Shown: positions 29,113-38,593 of the stretch, one piece after another
Layout of the letters: every line of letters starts with the position of its first letter
Position numbering within the stretch: position 1 is the first letter of the stretch
Origin: a virus
Strand: one strand, 5' to 3'
IMG/VR virus record: IMGVR_UViG_3300008262_000047
Length of the DNA stretch: 64,000 nucleotides
Made by a program: the position numbers and the translations under genes
Notes under the pieces: generated by a model
What the model was told of the DNA's origin: nothing
The model's database searches: none
The model's input: the letters and a program-made list of their open reading frames with translations, nothing else

Positions 29113-30272
29113 AGATTTTCTATATGGGATTGGAATCATATGAATCACGATATACATTGCAACTAACTAAGTGGGCAACTACCACTATGGATCGTCGTGG
29201 TGTTGAATATGTGATTGTTCCCGGCAAGACCATTGATAACAGTCAGGCAATTTCTGTGGGACAGGTTCTTGATGCACATGGAAGAAGTTATTTCGCCATG
29301 TCACAAATGATGAATCTTGTGCAGATGATGAAAGATGGGACAGTCACCGGTGAAGATGCCATCTTTTTTGAAGATATGTTTCAACCCGGCATTGAATCGC
29401 TTCCTTACATCATGAATCAAATCCCTGAAAAGGATCGACCGAAGGTGTGGGTACGTTGTCTTGCACAAAGCATTGATCCTGATGACTTTGTTCATGTGTG
29501 GGGTATGGCACCTTGGATGAGTAAGTATGAACACATGGTGAATGATTTTGTTACGGGTGTTCTTGCGTCAAATGAAGAAATGGTGGCACATATGAAGATT
29601 GCAGGTTGGACAGCACCTCTCTACAACATTTCAGGCTTGACGTTTGACCGTGATGAGGTGAGAAGTCGAGTATCGCATATTCCAGAATTCTCATCTAGAA
29701 AGATGCGTGTTGTATTTGCTGCTCGGTTTGACCAAGAAAAGCAACCCAACTTCTTCATGGATATTGCTGAACAAGTTGCAGAAACATATAACATTGAATT
29801 TGCCATAGTATCGGGCGGTCCATTACGGAGTAACAATCCGGTATATTTGGAACGTGCTCGTAAATTAGAAAAGAGTGGTCTTTTAAAGATTTATGATAAT
29901 CTTTCTAAGAATGAGTATTATGAGATTGTTGCCAATAGTCGTGTATTGTTTAATTGTGCATTACAAGATTGGGTAAGTAACACGGTGTCTGAGGCAGATG
30001 CACTTGAATGTAATGTGTTGTATCCTGCCTATCGGTCATTCCCAGAAACGTTTGCCAATGATGCTGAACGTTTATATGTACCTTGGTCACAACAAGATGC
30101 CATTAACAAGTTGTTCAGGCACTTGAATGAACCTCATAGAAACATGGGAAAGATTTCAGCTTGGACATCACAGACAATGGATAGAATTCTAGATGTGATG
30201 TTGGGTCAAGGTGAAGCATGGCGCCGGGATGATAATCGTTATCGTGACTACACTTCTACAAACAAATACTGA
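29109..30272 (+). CDS. GT-B (GT4-like) glycosyltransferase
   Basis: ARFDQEKQP and QDWVSNTVSEA (acid-X7-E) donor-binding motifs; ATGA overlap with the dpdL-like gene. Confidence 0.75.
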   Translation: MKIFYMGLESYESRYTLQLTKWATTTMDRRGVEYVIVPGKTIDNSQAISVGQVLDAHGRSYFAMSQMMNLVQMMKDGTVTGEDAIFFEDMFQPGIESLPYIMNQIPEKDRPKVWVRCLAQSIDPDDFVHVWGMAPWMSKYEHMVNDFVTGVLASNEEMVAHMKIAGWTAPLYNISGLTFDRDEVRSRVSHIPEFSSRKMRVVFAARFDQEKQPNFFMDIAEQVAETYNIEFAIVSGGPLRSNNPVYLERARKLEKSGLLKIYDNLSKNEYYEIVANSRVLFNCALQDWVSNTVSEADALECNVLYPAYRSFPETFANDAERLYVPWSQQDAINKLFRHLNEPHRNMGKISAWTSQTMDRILDVMLGQGEAWRRDDNRYRDYTSTNKY

Positions 30273-30282
30273 GGAGATGACA

Positions 30283-30726
30283 ATGAAATTCTATTCAACG
30301 AAAACATTTGGTAATGAGCGTGGTTTGAGCTGTGCATTTCGTCAATGGCGAGCAAAATCACATTGCAATCAAATTCATGGTTATAGTTTAGGATTTCGTT
30401 TCATCTTTGAGGCAGATGTCCTAGATGAAAGAAACTGGGTATATGACTTTGGTGATACCAAGTGGATTAAGGAATACTTAGATGTTGCCTTTGACCACAC
30501 AACGGCAGTTGCCAAGGATGATCCTTTGCTTCCCTTGTTCAAACAAATGGATAAGGAAGGCGGATGCACATTGCGTATTTTTGATAGTGTTGGATGTGAA
30601 GCATTTGCTCATATGGTATATGTTGACATTGCCCCCGGTGTTGTACACAAGACGAACGGGCGAGTTCGCCTTAAGAGTGTGGAAGTATTTGAACATGGGA
30701 GCAACTCTGCCCTGTACGAGGGATAA
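30283..30726 (+). CDS. queD: 6-carboxy-5,6,7,8-tetrahydropterin synthase QueD
   Basis: HCNQIHGY, WVYDFG, FDH, CE, V.EH..N.A. Confidence 0.88.
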   Translation: MKFYSTKTFGNERGLSCAFRQWRAKSHCNQIHGYSLGFRFIFEADVLDERNWVYDFGDTKWIKEYLDVAFDHTTAVAKDDPLLPLFKQMDKEGGCTLRIFDSVGCEAFAHMVYVDIAPGVVHKTNGRVRLKSVEVFEHGSNSALYEG

Positions 30727-31770
30727 ATGAAAGTTGCCATAATCACAGATACACATTTTGGTGCGCGAAATGATTCACAGCATTTCGACGCCTATTTCCG
30801 AAAATTTTATGATGAAGTATTTTTCCCATATCTAGATGAAACGGGAATCAAAACTCTTTTGCATTTAGGGGATGTATTCGATAGAAGAAAGTACATCAAC
30901 TTCAATACACTACGTTCATGTAAGGAATATTTTTTCGAGCAACTAAAGATACGTGGTATTGACATGAAGGTGATTCCTGGCAATCATGATACATATTATA
31001 AGAATACAAATGAAGTGAATAGTTTAGATTTATTGTTACGGGAATATCATAACATTGAAATCATTGAAGACCCAACCATCACACAATTAGATGGTCGCAC
31101 AGTATCTTTTATTCCTTGGATGTGTGCAGAGAACTATGATGCCTGTATGAAAGTCATTCAACAACCTGCTGAGTTATGTTTTGGGCATTTTGAAATTGCC
31201 GGATTTGATATGTTTCGTGGGGCAAAGAATGATGGAGGTATGGATAGACAGGTTCTGAAAAACTATTCAATGGTACTCACAGGACATTTCCATCATCGTA
31301 GCACTGATGACAATGTATATTACTTAGGAAGTCCCTATGGGTTCACATGGAGTGACTATGATGATAAACGAGGATTCCATGTATTGGATTTAGATACATT
31401 GGACCTACAATTAATAGAAAATCCATTTGAAATTTTTCATAAGATTTATTATGATGACCGCGAGAAAACCATTGATGCATCCAAGTATGCAAAGGCATGT
31501 GTGAAATTGATTGTTGTCCATAAAAATGATTATCAAAAATTTGACAAACTGCTTGATGCGTTGTATATTAATGAAGTGATTGAATTAACTATCCACGAAG
31601 ATTTTTCAGAATTTGAGTCTGAGGCATTGGATAGTGAGACGGTGAATATTGAAGATACAATGACACTTCTTTCTGAATATGTTGATTCCGTTGAATCAGC
31701 CAAAGACAAGAATAAATTGAAAACGTTGCTGAAAACCTTATACGTTGAGGCACAGAATCTTGAACTATGA
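30727..31770 (+). CDS. gp47: recombination endonuclease subunit gp47 (Mre11-like)
   Basis: DTHFG, GDVFD.R, GNHD, GHFH. Confidence 0.93.
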   Translation: MKVAIITDTHFGARNDSQHFDAYFRKFYDEVFFPYLDETGIKTLLHLGDVFDRRKYINFNTLRSCKEYFFEQLKIRGIDMKVIPGNHDTYYKNTNEVNSLDLLLREYHNIEIIEDPTITQLDGRTVSFIPWMCAENYDACMKVIQQPAELCFGHFEIAGFDMFRGAKNDGGMDRQVLKNYSMVLTGHFHHRSTDDNVYYLGSPYGFTWSDYDDKRGFHVLDLDTLDLQLIENPFEIFHKIYYDDREKTIDASKYAKACVKLIVVHKNDYQKFDKLLDALYINEVIELTIHEDFSEFESEALDSETVNIEDTMTLLSEYVDSVESAKDKNKLKTLLKTLYVEAQNLEL

Positions 31771-33479
31771 TACATTTTAAAACCGTTCGATGGAAAAACT
31801 TTCTCTCAACAGGGAATGCATTTACTGAAATAGAACTTAATAGACGCCCCACAACTCTTGTTGTGGGTGAGAATGGTAGTGGCAAAAGTACGATGCTTGA
31901 TGCCATTTGTTTTGCTTTGTTTGGTAAACCTTATCGTAACATTAATAAGCCACAACTTGTCAACACCATTAATGGCAAGCATTGTTTGGTTGAGATTGAA
32001 TTTTCTATTGGCGGGAAAAACTATAAAATCAATCGAGGTATCAAGCCTGGTATTTTTGAAATCTGGGTGAATGGTACACTTCTCAATCAAGATGCTGCAT
32101 CACGGGACTATCAGAAATATCTTGAAGATAACATTTTGAAATTGAATTTTAAATCATTCACACAAATTGTTATTCTGGGTTCAGCATCATTTACTCCCTT
32201 CATGCAATTGCCCGCGGCATCTCGGCGTGAGGTGATTGAAGATATTTTGGATATCAAGATATTCACATCCATGAATATTGTGTTGAAGGATAAAATCACA
32301 GAGTTGAAGAATAAATTACATGATGTCGAAGGAAAAATTTCTGTGGCGAAGTCAAAGGCTGAAATTCAACAAGAGTATATCAAAACGTTGGAACAAGACC
32401 GTGATGCACGAATAGAAGAATTGAACGCTAAGATTCAGGAGGCACTACATGAAATTTCTGAAAAACGTATTTTATGCGATGGTATTGATGCTCGAAGAAA
32501 TGATTATCTTAATAGCATTGGGGACCTATCTAGTATCACAGAAAATCTCCGAGAAGCTGTTCAACAAATCAATGAATATGAAGTAGGTTCAACAAAACTG
32601 GAAAAAGAAATTTCATTCTATCATAACAATGATACATGCCCCAAGTGTAAGCAGGGTATCGGACATGATTTCAAGAATGAAGTAATTCAAGAACATCAAG
32701 GCGAACTCTCACAGATTCATGCACACATCAATGCCATTGAGAACACTAAGAAGGAGTTGGAAGTTCGCTTAAAAGAAATTGGTAACGTCAATAAAGAAAT
32801 TTCAAAGCTCACTGATGAAGTGAACACCATTAAGAATGAAATTAATTCAAGTGAACGATTCATTCAACGTCTAGAGTTGGAAAAGGCGGATGTCTCACAG
32901 AAAGTTGGAAACATTGAAGTAGAAAAAATGAAGTTGAAAGATTTGGCAAAAGACACCATGGCGATTGTCAAAGACCGATTAGAACTCAATGAACAATCTG
33001 ATTATTATGACATCGCCTCAGTCTTATTGAAAGACTCAGGTATTAAAACAAAAATTATTCGTCAATATTTACCTGCGATAAATAAACTTGTGAATAAGTT
33101 CTTAACGTCTATGGACTTCTTCGTACAGTTTACTTTAGATGAGAAATTTGATGAAGTTATTAAATCGCGCTATCGGGATGATTTTAGTTATGAAAGCTTT
33201 AGTGAAGGCGAGAAACAAAGAATTGACTTGGCGCTTCTTTTTACGTGGCGTACAATCGCCAAGCTCAAGAATTCTGCTAGTACTAATCTCCTTATTCTTG
33301 ATGAAGTATTTGATAGCAGTTTAGATACAACTGCAACCGAATATGTCATGCAACTATTAAACACGTTGGGTGATGGGACAAATGTATGGGTCATCTCTCA
33401 TAAAGGCGACCAATTGTTTGATAAGTTCACGCATGTCGTGAAATTTACAAAGAAACAAAACTTTTCTGTTATTGTATAA
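31767..33479 (+). CDS. gp46: recombination endonuclease subunit gp46 (Rad50-like)
   Basis: GENGSGKS, CPKC zinc hook, FSEGEK, LILDEVFDSSLD. Confidence 0.95.
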   Translation: MIHFKTVRWKNFLSTGNAFTEIELNRRPTTLVVGENGSGKSTMLDAICFALFGKPYRNINKPQLVNTINGKHCLVEIEFSIGGKNYKINRGIKPGIFEIWVNGTLLNQDAASRDYQKYLEDNILKLNFKSFTQIVILGSASFTPFMQLPAASRREVIEDILDIKIFTSMNIVLKDKITELKNKLHDVEGKISVAKSKAEIQQEYIKTLEQDRDARIEELNAKIQEALHEISEKRILCDGIDARRNDYLNSIGDLSSITENLREAVQQINEYEVGSTKLEKEISFYHNNDTCPKCKQGIGHDFKNEVIQEHQGELSQIHAHINAIENTKKELEVRLKEIGNVNKEISKLTDEVNTIKNEINSSERFIQRLELEKADVSQKVGNIEVEKMKLKDLAKDTMAIVKDRLELNEQSDYYDIASVLLKDSGIKTKIIRQYLPAINKLVNKFLTSMDFFVQFTLDEKFDEVIKSRYRDDFSYESFSEGEKQRIDLALLFTWRTIAKLKNSASTNLLILDEVFDSSLDTTATEYVMQLLNTLGDGTNVWVISHKGDQLFDKFTHVVKFTKKQNFSVIV

Positions 33480-33488
33480 CGAGGACCT

Positions 33489-34025
33489 ATGACTTTGAAA
33501 CTTGAAGATTTGCAATTAATTCATTTTGCTGACCCACGTATGACCACAAAGCCCCCTGAGTTTGATTTCCAGAAGGATGGCGATATTGCAGAGGAGTTGG
33601 CAACGATACTCCATAAGCGAATGTTACAGTTGGGAGGATTAGGATTATCAGCCAATCAAGTGGGCTTACCTTATCGTGTGTTTGTTTTTGGTAATGCCGA
33701 ACAGCGATATGCCTTATTCAATCCCATTGTGATTGGTGTAAGTAGAGAACAGACCACAATGGAAGAAGGATGTCTGTCATTCCCAGGATTCATGCTGACA
33801 TTACAGCGCCCATCTGAAGTTACCGTGGAATATCAAGATGTGTCTGGTACAACTCAACGCATGTCATTTAAGAATATTGCTGCCCGTGTGGTGTTACATG
33901 AATATGACCACATGGAAGGATTAAACTTCACACATCATGCATCAAACTTTAAGTTGCGTTGGGAACTAAATAAATTAAAGAAAAAGAACAAGAAACTTCA
34001 ACGCAGGATGAAACATGGCAAGTAA
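33489..34025 (+). CDS. def: peptide deformylase
   Basis: GLGLSANQVG, EGCLS, HEYDH. Confidence 0.92.
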   Translation: MTLKLEDLQLIHFADPRMTTKPPEFDFQKDGDIAEELATILHKRMLQLGGLGLSANQVGLPYRVFVFGNAEQRYALFNPIVIGVSREQTTMEEGCLSFPGFMLTLQRPSEVTVEYQDVSGTTQRMSFKNIAARVVLHEYDHMEGLNFTHHASNFKLRWELNKLKKKNKKLQRRMKHGK

Positions 34026-34398
34026 TGATTTTGATTTTGGCTTTACATTCACAGACGATGAATTTTCTTCATCCTCCACATCGTCAGGCACACCTCAACC
34101 TGCCATTGTTGACCCAGAATTTAAAGATGAACTTTTTCTAAAGATTCAAAAATTAGAGCAACAAATTGAAGCTCTAACTGAAGGTGATACAAATGATTTG
34201 ATTGAACAGCATAAACAATTACTAACAAAAGAAATACGTGGCAAGTTACAAGAAGTTGAACAATTGATCCTCCCGCTTCTTTACAATCTGCAAAAGAATC
34301 CTGACAAGGAATATATTCATTGGCCGAATCGTAAAGACATTATTCAAAAACAAATTGAACGTATTCAACAGGTGACGAGACATTATGGACAAGACTGA
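34015..34398 (+). CDS. conserved T4-like hypothetical protein
   Basis: FDFGF, ILPLL.NL.KNPDKEYI.WPNR. Confidence 0.75.
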   Translation: MASNDFDFGFTFTDDEFSSSSTSSGTPQPAIVDPEFKDELFLKIQKLEQQIEALTEGDTNDLIEQHKQLLTKEIRGKLQEVEQLILPLLYNLQKNPDKEYIHWPNRKDIIQKQIERIQQVTRHYGQD

Positions 34399-34999
34399 AA
34401 TTATGGCAGGTAATAACATTACCGCTTTTACCGACCGCCCTATCTCAAAGGTGCACAAATTCTATTTGTCGGGAGATATTAAATCACCCGCTGAATATGT
34501 ACAATGGTTTGAAACCATTAGAAATTCAAGTGAGAACGATGTGATTGTAGTTCACATTAATAGTTATGGTGGCGACTTATTTACGGCAATTCAATTTATG
34601 CGTGTATTTGCTGAATCAAAGGCAAATGTTGTGGCATCAGTTGAAGGTGCATGTATGAGTGCTGCTACAATCATTTTCCTTTCTGCCAAGCATTGGGAGA
34701 TTAGTAATCATTCCATGTTCATGTTTCATAACTATACCAGCGCAACCATTGGCAAGGGCGGCGAAATGTATGACAACATAATTCATGAACGCAAGTGGAG
34801 TGAAAAACTTTGGCAGGATATCTACAGTGGGTTTTTAACAGCAAATGAAATTAAATCAATTCTTGATAGCAAAGATATTTGGATGTCAGGTGAAGAGGTT
34901 TCGAAGCGGTTACAAGAAAAATTTGCACCGAAATCTCTGAGAACGCCTAAGAAAACCCCTAAAAAAGTCACGAAAACAGTAAAAACCAAGAAGAAATAA
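34385..34999 (+). CDS. ClpP-like serine protease
   Basis: INSYGG, ACMSAA (Ser), MFH (His), DIWMS. Confidence 0.8.
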   Translation: MDKTEIMAGNNITAFTDRPISKVHKFYLSGDIKSPAEYVQWFETIRNSSENDVIVVHINSYGGDLFTAIQFMRVFAESKANVVASVEGACMSAATIIFLSAKHWEISNHSMFMFHNYTSATIGKGGEMYDNIIHERKWSEKLWQDIYSGFLTANEIKSILDSKDIWMSGEEVSKRLQEKFAPKSLRTPKKTPKKVTKTVKTKKK

Positions 35000-35003
35000 G
35001 TCT

Positions 35004-35068
35004 CGTAAGTGCTTATTTTTCAATAACTTACGTCAGGGCTTGACAAACGGCTTATCGGGTGCTAGATT
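35004..35068 (+). promoter_or_regulatory. early promoter with upstream quasi-palindromic element (inverted copy)
   Basis: CGTAAGT-GCTTATTTTTCAATA-ACTTACG at 35004-35032, then TTGACA(35040)-17 bp-TAGATT with extended TG. Confidence 0.8.
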
Positions 35069-35111
35069 ACTAGTATCCGATAAGCCTTCGTGACCTTCAA
35101 AGAGGTATACT

Positions 35112-37373
35112 ATGTCGAACGTCCTAGACAACACAAAGTCAACCCTAGGCAAGCTCCTAGCGGCAGAAAATATTCGCATCGAGCATCGGCAGGTTCGAGG
35201 CCCCAGCTTCGATGTTAAGAACCGAGTTCTGGTTCTCCCCATCTGGAAGGAAATTGACGCTGACCTGTATGACCTCATGATTGGTCATGAGGTTGGTCAT
35301 GCTCTCTACACACCTACCGATGGTTGGATGGATCGGGTACAGGAGCACGGAAAGAATTTCAAGGGTATTCTTAATGTTGTTGAGGATGCTCGCATTGAAA
35401 AGCTCATGAAGCGTAAGTTTCCGGGTCTGCGGAAGCCCATGTATAATGGATACACCCAGCTTGTGGAGCGCGGGTTCTTCGGTGTCGGTCTGGATGATAT
35501 GAAGCATCTCCCGTTTGCTGACCGTGTGAACGTGCATTTCAAGCTCGGTCCTCGCGCAGGTATTACATTTACGGATGCTGAGCAAAATCTTGTTTCTCGT
35601 ATTGAGAATGCCGAGACATGGGATGAGGTGATGTCCTTGTCTGAGGAGCTGTTTGCGGCAGCGGATGGGGAGTTCAATGATATTTCCGATGACATTTTCG
35701 ACAACCTCGATGCTCTGTCTGACGCCATTGACAACATGGATGAAGGCGGCGAGGGCGAGGGCACGGGCGAAGGGTATGGTGAATATTCCAGCGATACTCC
35801 AGGTAGTGGCAAGACGCTGCAGGATGTTATAGACCAGCTTCGCGCCGCAGGTAAGGATAATGCTGCCGACAAGCTGGAACGCATGTCCAAGAGCAATGCC
35901 TATCGTAGGATGATGACGGAATGGGCTGAGAATCAGGAAATGGGATCCATCACTGACGAGGCTCTTGAGGCTAATCAGGAAAAGCTCATTGATGAGGATG
36001 CCTATCCTAATACATATATTTTCTGGCCTGAATTGAATCACAAGGATTATGTAATCCCTGCCCGTGTGGTGCATCAGCAGATGCGGTCTGAATACAAGCC
36101 GGAATATTTGGCGAAGGAGAATGACCTATACAACACCTTCATGAGCACCAATCGTAATTACATTAAGTATTTGGTTAAGGAGTTTGAGCTAAAGCGAAAT
36201 GCCAAGCAGTTCGCCAAGGCGCGTGTTAGCAAGACGGGTAAGCTGAACACGGAAAAACTTTGGCGCTATCAGATTTCAGAGGATCTGTTCCTACAGTCAA
36301 CCGAAATTCCCAATGGGAAGAATCATGGAATGCTTATGGTTATTGATTTGTCAAGTTCCATGACTGAAAACATGGCAGGTACCATTGAGCAAATCATTAA
36401 TCTTTCCATGTTTTGCCGAAAGGTGAATATCCCCTTCGATGTGTATGGGTTCATTGACACCTCAGCTGAAAAGGATTTCATGTTGTCGGGTATTACACGC
36501 TCTGAGAGCAAGCATCCAATTTTCGGTACGATGTATCGCACATGTCCTAACGACAATCGTGACCGATCCATTCAAATTAACAATGTTGATTTTCGCTTGA
36601 AGCAGTTGCTCCATTATAACATGGGTGCTGCAGAATTTAACGTGTCGGTGAAAAATCTTCTTCTCTTGGCTAACGCCTATAAGCGTTCGGCAAACTATTA
36701 CTATTATTCTTCAAGCTCCCACCATGTCCCCCCTTCGATGCATTTGGGTGGGACTCCATTGAACGACGCTGTTTTGGTTCTTCGCTCGCTTGCTGAGGAA
36801 TTCAAGAAAAACACCCGTGTGGAAATTCTAAACACGGTACTGCTTACTGACGGTGAAGCATCATATGGATTGGCGTTCAAGGATGGTGAGCAGATGGGTA
36901 ACGCCGGTGGAATGTACCGGGGTCGGATTGTGATTGAGGATCGCAAGACAAAGAAGCAGGTCATGGTGTCGAAGTGTGGTAACATCACGTTGGCACTTCT
37001 TGAAATGTATCGGCAGCATACAGGTTCGCGGGTGGTGGGTTTCTATCTGATGTCAGGTCGCAACTATCGCAGTCAGGTGATGGGAACCTTGACGCGAAAT
37101 AATCCTGAATTCAATCAGGAAGTGTTCGATAAGCAGTATGCCGATGAATTCGCAAAGTACAAGTATTTCGGTATGAAGCTCGCCGGGTATGATGTATACT
37201 ACATGGTGCCAGGTGATGAACTAGAAGTTGAAGATGTGGATATGGATACAGTCCTCAAGAGCTACAAGGATGGCTCAAAGAAGGGGTCTCTGCTCAAGGC
37301 ATTTAAGAAAATGCAAAATACGAAAATGATTTCGCGTGTATTCTTAAATAGGTTCATTGAACAGATGGCGTAA
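35112..37373 (+). CDS. VWA/MIDAS-domain protein with HExxH peptidase-like N-terminus (CobT-like partner of the AAA ATPase)
   Basis: HEVGH, NVVEDARIE, VIDLSSSM, GGTPL, LTDGE. Confidence 0.82.
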   Translation: MSNVLDNTKSTLGKLLAAENIRIEHRQVRGPSFDVKNRVLVLPIWKEIDADLYDLMIGHEVGHALYTPTDGWMDRVQEHGKNFKGILNVVEDARIEKLMKRKFPGLRKPMYNGYTQLVERGFFGVGLDDMKHLPFADRVNVHFKLGPRAGITFTDAEQNLVSRIENAETWDEVMSLSEELFAAADGEFNDISDDIFDNLDALSDAIDNMDEGGEGEGTGEGYGEYSSDTPGSGKTLQDVIDQLRAAGKDNAADKLERMSKSNAYRRMMTEWAENQEMGSITDEALEANQEKLIDEDAYPNTYIFWPELNHKDYVIPARVVHQQMRSEYKPEYLAKENDLYNTFMSTNRNYIKYLVKEFELKRNAKQFAKARVSKTGKLNTEKLWRYQISEDLFLQSTEIPNGKNHGMLMVIDLSSSMTENMAGTIEQIINLSMFCRKVNIPFDVYGFIDTSAEKDFMLSGITRSESKHPIFGTMYRTCPNDNRDRSIQINNVDFRLKQLLHYNMGAAEFNVSVKNLLLLANAYKRSANYYYYSSSSHHVPPSMHLGGTPLNDAVLVLRSLAEEFKKNTRVEILNTVLLTDGEASYGLAFKDGEQMGNAGGMYRGRIVIEDRKTKKQVMVSKCGNITLALLEMYRQHTGSRVVGFYLMSGRNYRSQVMGTLTRNNPEFNQEVFDKQYADEFAKYKYFGMKLAGYDVYYMVPGDELEVEDVDMDTVLKSYKDGSKKGSLLKAFKKMQNTKMISRVFLNRFIEQMA

Positions 37374-37380
37374 TACTGTG

Positions 37381-37452
37381 AAGCCCTACGTAAGTTGTTG
37401 AAAAATAAGCACTTACGTAGGGCTTGACAGACGAGAGAAATGGTGTTATATT
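37381..37452 (+). promoter_or_regulatory. early promoter overlapped by a perfect 15-bp inverted repeat
   Basis: AAGCCCTACGTAAGT-15 bp-ACTTACGTAGGGCTT; TTGACA(37424)-17 bp-TATATT. Confidence 0.85.
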
Positions 37453-37504
37453 TATAGTATAATCTGAGATGTACACTTCATCATTCAAGCACACAGGAGT
37501 AAAC

Positions 37505-38583
37505 ATGACCCGACTCATTGATGCCCTTCGCGCTACTGGTAAGACCGAGTTTTCTCGTCCTGATGTTCTCACGGTCGCCCGTGAGGTGGGTGAAAGTCCC
37601 AATGTGTTTTTGAATGACCCAGCATACAAGGTTCGGCGCGGCGTCTATGCCATCACGCCTACAAGCACTTCAAATTATACGCCTATTCAGGCAGAGGCAC
37701 CTATTGTGAGTAATGCATCTACAATGTATCTATCGCAGCCGAAGCTCAAGATTGAGGTGGACAACCTTGTACCAAACAAGGATAGCACCTATGTACCTTT
37801 CGGGTTTCATAAGGATCTCATGACCATCCTCGCCTCCAAGCAATTCTATCCCGTGTTCATTACAGGATTGTCTGGTAATGGTAAGACCACCATGGTGTTG
37901 AAACTGACGAGGATGACCTCATTGGAGGCAATACTCTTGTGGATGGCAACGTGGTGTATCGTGAAGGTCCCGTGACCATTGGGATGAAGCGCGGCGCTGT
38001 GGTCATTCTGGACGAGAGCGACCGCGGCAGTAACAAGCTGATGTGCCTACAGGCAATCCTTGAAGGAAAGCCGTATTTCAATAAAAAGACGGGCGAGATT
38101 ATTCACCCTGCCCCAGGTTTCAATATCGTGGCAACGGGTAACACCAAGGGTCAGGGTTCTGACGATGGTAAGTACATGTCCGCACAGATTCTGGACGATG
38201 CACTCCTCGAGCGTTTCGCTGTGACCATCGAACAGGAGTATCCTAACTCCCGGGTGGAGAAGAAGATTATCATGAAGAAGATGGAGCGTGTGGAAAAGGT
38301 GGATGAGGATTTTGCCGACAAGCTGGTGGCATGGGCAGAAATCATTCGTAAGACGTTCATGGAGGGTGCTGTGGATGAACTCATCTCCACGCGGCGTCTG
38401 GAGCATATCGTGAACGCCTACGCTATGTTTGGTGACCGTCTCAAGGCAATCAATCTCTGTATTGCTCGATTCAATTCTGAGACCAAGGCGAGCTTTCTCG
38501 ACCTCTATACAAAGGTGGATGCAGGTGTCACGATGACCCCAGCCGAACAGGCTGAGGGGTATCCCGATGACATTCCCTTCTAA
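37505..38583 (+). pseudogene. MoxR/CobS-like AAA+ ATPase, frameshifted near 37895 (deletion or assembly error)
   Basis: Frame 1 gives GLSGNGKTTM; another frame continues VETDEDDLIGG...ILDESD...ATGNTKG...LERF...ISTRRL; the usual linker after Walker A is missing. Confidence 0.8.
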
Positions 38584-38593
38584 TAGGTGATAT

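Noticed and set aside
37885-37905. Programmed ribosomal frameshift in the AAA gene
   Set aside because: No slippery heptamer, and conserved residues are physically missing
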